Source: a virus
Taxonomy: Duplodnaviria; Caudoviricetes
Direction: 5' to 3' (one strand)
Virus record (IMG/VR): IMGVR_UViG_3300030098_003320
Location: 1 to 59,795 of that record
Length of the DNA: 59,795 bases
Below, piece by piece: positions 55,551-59,795 of this stretch; the first letter of the stretch is position 1, and every line of letters begins with the position of its first letter. The notes beneath the pieces are model-generated. The model was not told where the DNA came from, made no database searches, and saw only the letters and a program-made list of their open reading frames with translations. The translations under genes were made by a program, and so were the position numbers.

Positions 55551-56542
55551 GTGATACCGGAACTGTAGAACGAGCTGGTAGACGCTCTCACGGCGAAATC
55601 GAAAACGCTTTTGCCAATATGCTCGTCGGACCCGAAGAACAACCAGAAGAAGATTCCTCGATAGAGGAGCAACCTTTGATGGACTCTGAGGATGAAGGGC
55701 AGGAGTTAGATGCTGAGTTGGCCGATGACTCAGTAGTGGATGAGCAGGACGAGTATGATGCAGAGGATGAACAACTCTCTGATGGCGCTCAGACGTACAC
55801 AGTCACAATTGACGGTACGCCAGAAGAGGTGCCTTTAGACGAACTCATTGCTGGATATTCTCGACACTCAGCATTCACAAAAAAGAGTCAAGAATTAGCT
55901 GAACAACGCGAGACGTTTCACGCGGAACAGCAGACTCTAAGGCAGACGTACCATCAATATAACGAGGTACTAAGCCAACTTCAGCAACAGATGGAAGCAG
56001 CAAATCAGCCGACGAACTTGGACTGGGATGCGCTTGAAAGGCAAGATCCGGTGCAATGGCTAAAATTGAAAGAGCTAGAGCGGCAACGTGCTAGTGAAAT
56101 CGAAGCTGTAATGGCTGAACGCCAAAGAATGCAAGCAGTAATGGAGCGAGAACAATCGCAAAAGCTGCAAGAGCATTTAGCGGTTCAGCAAAGTTTGATG
56201 CTGGAAAAAATTCCTGAGTGGGCCGACAGTGATGTTCAAGCCGAAGAACAACGGAAGTTGGTGGAGTTTGGTAAACAGGTTGGGTTTTCTGACCAGGAGC
56301 TGGACACGCTATACGACCATAGAGCGTTAATTGTTTTGCGTGACGCAATGCGATACAACGAGCTAACAAACGGCGAAAAGATCACAGAAGCCAAAAGTAA
56401 AATCGGTAGTGCAAAAGGCGGCAGTAAACGGACTGCTCGTCGGACGCGCTCCCGCAAGCAGAAGGCTCAAAGACAAAAGCTGCGGAAAACTGGTAAGGTT
56501 GAAGACGCGGCTTCGTTAATGGGTCAGATTCTTGCGGACTAA
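55547..56542 (+). CDS. Scaffolding protein (B)
   Basis: Homolog of 21173-22216. Confidence 0.85.
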   Translation: MSDTGTVERAGRRSHGEIENAFANMLVGPEEQPEEDSSIEEQPLMDSEDEGQELDAELADDSVVDEQDEYDAEDEQLSDGAQTYTVTIDGTPEEVPLDELIAGYSRHSAFTKKSQELAEQRETFHAEQQTLRQTYHQYNEVLSQLQQQMEAANQPTNLDWDALERQDPVQWLKLKELERQRASEIEAVMAERQRMQAVMEREQSQKLQEHLAVQQSLMLEKIPEWADSDVQAEEQRKLVEFGKQVGFSDQELDTLYDHRALIVLRDAMRYNELTNGEKITEAKSKIGSAKGGSKRTARRTRSRKQKAQRQKLRKTGKVEDAASLMGQILAD

Positions 56543-56560
56543 CCCTGAGACAATAGAATC

Positions 56561-57571
56561 ATGGCAGTTGTAACAAACACTTTTCTCACCTACGATGCCA
56601 AAGGCATCCGTGAGGATCTGAGCGATCTGATCGCGGACATTAGTCCGACTCAGACTCCGTTTCAGAGCAACATCGGAACGCGAGATGCGTCCAACACTTA
56701 TTTTGAGTGGCAGACAGACTCGCTTGCGACGGCTTCAGCAACGCCCGTCGTAGAAGGTCAGGATCTCAGTAGCTTTACCGCAGTAACGCCAACGGCGCGT
56801 ATGGGTAACTACTGCCAGATCAATATGCGCGATTTCATCATATCGGGCACAGAACAGCGTGTAGACAAGGCTGGTCGGGCATCTGAAGTTGGATACCAGG
56901 CAGCTAAAGCAGCCAAAGAGCTAAAGCGTGATGTTGAAGTCGCTTGCTTGCTTAATGGCGTAGGCGCTGTCGCGGGTGCTACGGCTACGGCCCGTGTAAC
57001 CGCTGGATTCCCTGGTTGGATCAAAACCAACGAAACTTCCACCAACGTAACCAAGCCTTCCTACACGGGTTCAACCCCGACAGGTGCGGCTCAGGTGTGG
57101 AAGTCGTTTGGTACACCAACTGCGTTTACTGAGGCTATGCTCAAGACCACGATGCAAGAATGCTTTGTGTCAGGTGGCGAGCCGTCGATGCTAATGGTTT
57201 CCCCGTACAACAAGACTGTTGTTAGTGGGTTCAGTGGTATCGCTTCAAGCCGCTACAACGTAGACGGTGCCGAGCCTTCGGTAATTATTGGAGCGGCTGA
57301 CATTTATGTTAGCGACTTTGGTAATTTAAGCGTTGTTCCAAATCGGTTCTTTACCACGGTAGAGGATGAGGGTGCTGGTTCACTAATGAACGACTGGGCG
57401 CTGCTCATCGACACCGATGAGGTGAAGCTCGCAACCTTGCGGCCTTACAGCATTGAGGCTCTTGCAAGAACGGGTGATGCAGACAAGAGAATGGCTTTAA
57501 TCGAGTGGGGGCTTCAGGTTAACAACGAAGCTGCTCACGGGATTGTTGCCGGAATCACGGCTGCGGCGTAA
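56561..57571 (+). CDS. Major capsid protein (B)
   Basis: Nearly identical protein to 22235-23242. Confidence 0.9.
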   Translation: MAVVTNTFLTYDAKGIREDLSDLIADISPTQTPFQSNIGTRDASNTYFEWQTDSLATASATPVVEGQDLSSFTAVTPTARMGNYCQINMRDFIISGTEQRVDKAGRASEVGYQAAKAAKELKRDVEVACLLNGVGAVAGATATARVTAGFPGWIKTNETSTNVTKPSYTGSTPTGAAQVWKSFGTPTAFTEAMLKTTMQECFVSGGEPSMLMVSPYNKTVVSGFSGIASSRYNVDGAEPSVIIGAADIYVSDFGNLSVVPNRFFTTVEDEGAGSLMNDWALLIDTDEVKLATLRPYSIEALARTGDADKRMALIEWGLQVNNEAAHGIVAGITAAA

Positions 57572-57625
57572 TCTTCTGGTGGGGCAGGGGGCAACTCCTG
57601 TCCCACCATTAGGTTTGCTATATCC

Positions 57626-57940
57626 ATGAAGCGAATACTCGACTACGATCCAGAAACCAAGACTACACAATGGTTTCATTACGATGACTCTACCGGAAAT
57701 TACGGACTAGAGACTCGTCAGGATATTACCCATATCGTAGAGGCTAATAAGACTCAGTTCAGACAAGTGGACGAGCGGGCTAACTGGAAAGGCGATCAGC
57801 ACCATGTCGCGTCGATTCCAATGAGTATTTATCACGAATTGGCAAAAGTATCGAACAATTTCAAGGATCAAAAAGCTATAAAAAAATGGCTGAACGATCC
57901 TGACAACCGCGTGTTCCGAACACGGCCTGGGAGAGTCTGA
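57626..57940 (+). CDS. Conserved virion-module protein
   Basis: Homolog of 23302-23616. Confidence 0.75.
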   Translation: MKRILDYDPETKTTQWFHYDDSTGNYGLETRQDITHIVEANKTQFRQVDERANWKGDQHHVASIPMSIYHELAKVSNNFKDQKAIKKWLNDPDNRVFRTRPGRV

Positions 57941-58572
57941 TGGCGATTACAACCTATGCACAGCTAAAGACTGCGACTGCAAATTGGTTGGATCGAACAG
58001 ACCTGACAGATCGGATACCTGAGTTTATTGAGCTGGCTGAAGCAAGTTTTAACAGAACAATTCGCCAACCCGATATGGTAACGAAAAACGATTCGTATTC
58101 GATCGCAGCTCGGTACACGACATTACCGACTGACACGTTAGAAATTACCAGAATAGTGCTGGATTCATCGCCAGTTATTACGCTTGAATACCTGACGCCA
58201 GAAGAGATTGCCGAGAGACGGGCTGACATGAATAGTACGGGTCGGCCCGTTTACTTTACGGTTATAGGAGGATCGAGTAACCAGTTAGAGGTTCTTCCAT
58301 CCCCTGACGAGACGTACACATCATCTATTGTGTACTACACAAAAATTCCTGCGCTAACGGATTCAGCAACAACAAACTGGCTTTTAACCAACCATCCAGA
58401 TATCTATTTATTTGGCACTTTGGTAGAAGCAGAGCCGTACCTAAAGAATGATGAACGAGTGGCTTTGTGGTCTACAAGACTAGATGCGTCACTAGGTGCG
58501 CTTCGTTTGCAAGGTGAGCGTCAGATGCACACAGGATCATCGCTTCGCATGAGATCAAGACCGCTGGGGTAG
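57940..58572 (+). CDS. Head-tail adaptor (B)
   Basis: Homolog of 23616-24248. Confidence 0.75.
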   Translation: MAITTYAQLKTATANWLDRTDLTDRIPEFIELAEASFNRTIRQPDMVTKNDSYSIAARYTTLPTDTLEITRIVLDSSPVITLEYLTPEEIAERRADMNSTGRPVYFTVIGGSSNQLEVLPSPDETYTSSIVYYTKIPALTDSATTNWLLTNHPDIYLFGTLVEAEPYLKNDERVALWSTRLDASLGALRLQGERQMHTGSSLRMRSRPLG

Positions 58573-58578
58573 AATACT

Positions 58579-59795
58579 ATGGCTGATACAACCACTACCA
58601 ATTTAGGCTTAACCAAACCCGAGGTTGGTGGTAGCACGAACACCTGGGGCACCAAGCTAAACAGCGACTTGGATTACATCGACGCAATGTTTGCCAAAGC
58701 GTCTACATCAGTCACGTTTCATGTTAACAATCAAAACATCTCAGGCAGCAGCTACAAGCTTGACCAAATTAAAATGGGCGACGACCGCCCGCTTCAGTTT
58801 GGTGCCGCACCCGACTATTGGCTGATATACGACAGTAGCAACACGCAGTTTGAACTAAACTCTACAAACGTAGACGGCGGGGGAACTGACGGTGTTGTGT
58901 TTAGCGTTAGTGACGGGACAGATGATGTAGCCTTTACGGGTAAGATTAGTACGGCCCAAATAGACATTCTTGCTGAAGGCGATCTAAGGCTCCAAGATGC
59001 GTCAGGAGGCGAGTATGTCGGCTTCGATGCTCCAGCCACAGTCAGTGGCTCTTACACGCTTACGTTGCCAGCAGCGGTCGGCTCGTCAGGCCAGATCCTA
59101 CGGACTTCCGATGGTTCTGGAACCCTAGAATGGGTTACGGACCAAGAAGGCGACATAACTGAGGTAGTTGCAGGAGCTGGGCTAACTGGTGGCGGTGCGG
59201 GGCCTGGGGCTGTGACCCTAAATGCAGTTGGCACATCAAATCGTATTACGGTCAATGCTGACGACATTGACATTGCCTCGACGTATGTCGGCCAAACCTC
59301 GATCACGACGCTCGGCACAATCGCTACAGGTGTCTGGAACGGTACCGCAATTACTGGCGACTATATCGACGTTACGACTTCGCCGTTAGCCAACACTAAG
59401 ATCTGGATAGGCGACAGCTCCGGAGACGCTCAAGAGTTTGCGTTGTCGGGTGACGTTACCATGACTGCTGGTGGTGCGGTTACAGTTGCAGATAACGCAA
59501 TAACACTTGCTAAGCTGGAAGATGGGACACAAGGAGACGTGCTGTATTACGGCGCGTCGGGAGCACCAGCTCGACTAGGAGCTGGCTCGAGTGGGCAGGT
59601 TCTAACAAGCGGAGGAGCTGGGGCTAACCCCGCATGGGCTACCCCGACCACAGGCGACATTACGAGCGTTGTTGCAGGTACTGGCTTGTCAGGTGGCGGT
59701 ACGTCAGGCGATGTAACTCTCAACGTAGATGCAGCTCAAACGCAGATAACTTCGGTCGGTGCCTTAAACGCTGGCTCAATTACGTCTGGCTTTGG
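58579..59795 (+). CDS. Tail fibre N-terminal part (B), runs off the window end
   Basis: [25 protein letters not shown]; in frame with the 77-bp repeat, so it would continue at 25205. Confidence 0.8.
   Translation, partial: MADTTTTNLGLTKPEVGGSTNTWGTKLNSDLDYIDAMFAKASTSVTFHVNNQNISGSSYKLDQIKMGDDRPLQFGAAPDYWLIYDSSNTQFELNSTNVDGGGTDGVVFSVSDGTDDVAFTGKISTAQIDILAEGDLRLQDASGGEYVGFDAPATVSGSYTLTLPAAVGSSGQILRTSDGSGTLEWVTDQEGDITEVVAGAGLTGGGAGPGAVTLNAVGTSNRITVNADDIDIASTYVGQTSITTLGTIATGVWNGTAITGDYIDVTTSPLANTKIWIGDSSGDAQEFALSGDVTMTAGGAVTVADNAITLAKLEDGTQGDVLYYGASGAPARLGAGSSGQVLTSGGAGANPAWATPTTGDITSVVAGTGLSGGGTSGDVTLNVDAAQTQITSVGALNAGSITSGF

Larger units (their letters stand above)
25128..59718. mobile_element. 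Apparently complete circular genome of related phage 'B' (34,591 bp)
   Basis: 59719-59795 is identical to 25128-25204 and joining them keeps the tail-fibre frame; the interval holds one full gene set. Confidence 0.75.

Noticed and set aside
1-59795. Tandem integrated prophages or a simple genome duplication
   Set aside because: No integrase, att sites or host genes; copies are too diverged for a duplication; the terminal 77-mer favours an assembly join
24252-59795. Diversity-generating retroelement or invertase system acting on the tail fibre
   Set aside because: No reverse transcriptase or recombinase; repeat differences are synonymous and not adenine-specific
1-59795. Alternative genetic code
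   Set aside because: Core genes are intact in the standard bacterial code and all three stop codons are used

Overview
The window is entirely phage DNA, with no host genes and no integrase. It holds two related but clearly diverged podovirus-like genomes in tandem, and homologous genes recur about 34.2 kb apart (TerL 17321/51465, portal 18854/53038, major capsid 22235/56561). The last 77 bases (59719-59795) are identical to 25128-25204 inside the tail-fibre gene. The simplest reading is one complete circular phage 'B' (25128-59718, 34,591 bp) joined by the assembler to a partial relative 'A' (1-25127). Both share one layout: lysis genes, a minus-strand replication/recombination operon (TerS-like, DnaB, RecE-like, initiator, VRR-NUC, SSB-like, Sak), a variable early region, then TerL, portal, scaffold, capsid, tail and ejection genes. 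The most unusual content is non-coding: (1) a 75-nt mini-tmRNA made only of the alanine-identity tRNA-like domain, with no tag reading frame (15026-15100); (2) three acceptor-stem + T-arm minihelices placed right after stop codons in A's early operon; (3) a three-copy family of three-way-junction RNAs showing covariation (two between TerL and portal, one at 38.8 kb); (4) a phage-specific second copy of the initiator-gene iteron tract near the late promoter in both phages; (5) an orientation-fixed conserved DNA element in the early regions. All protein calls are from motif recognition by eye; no database searches were run.
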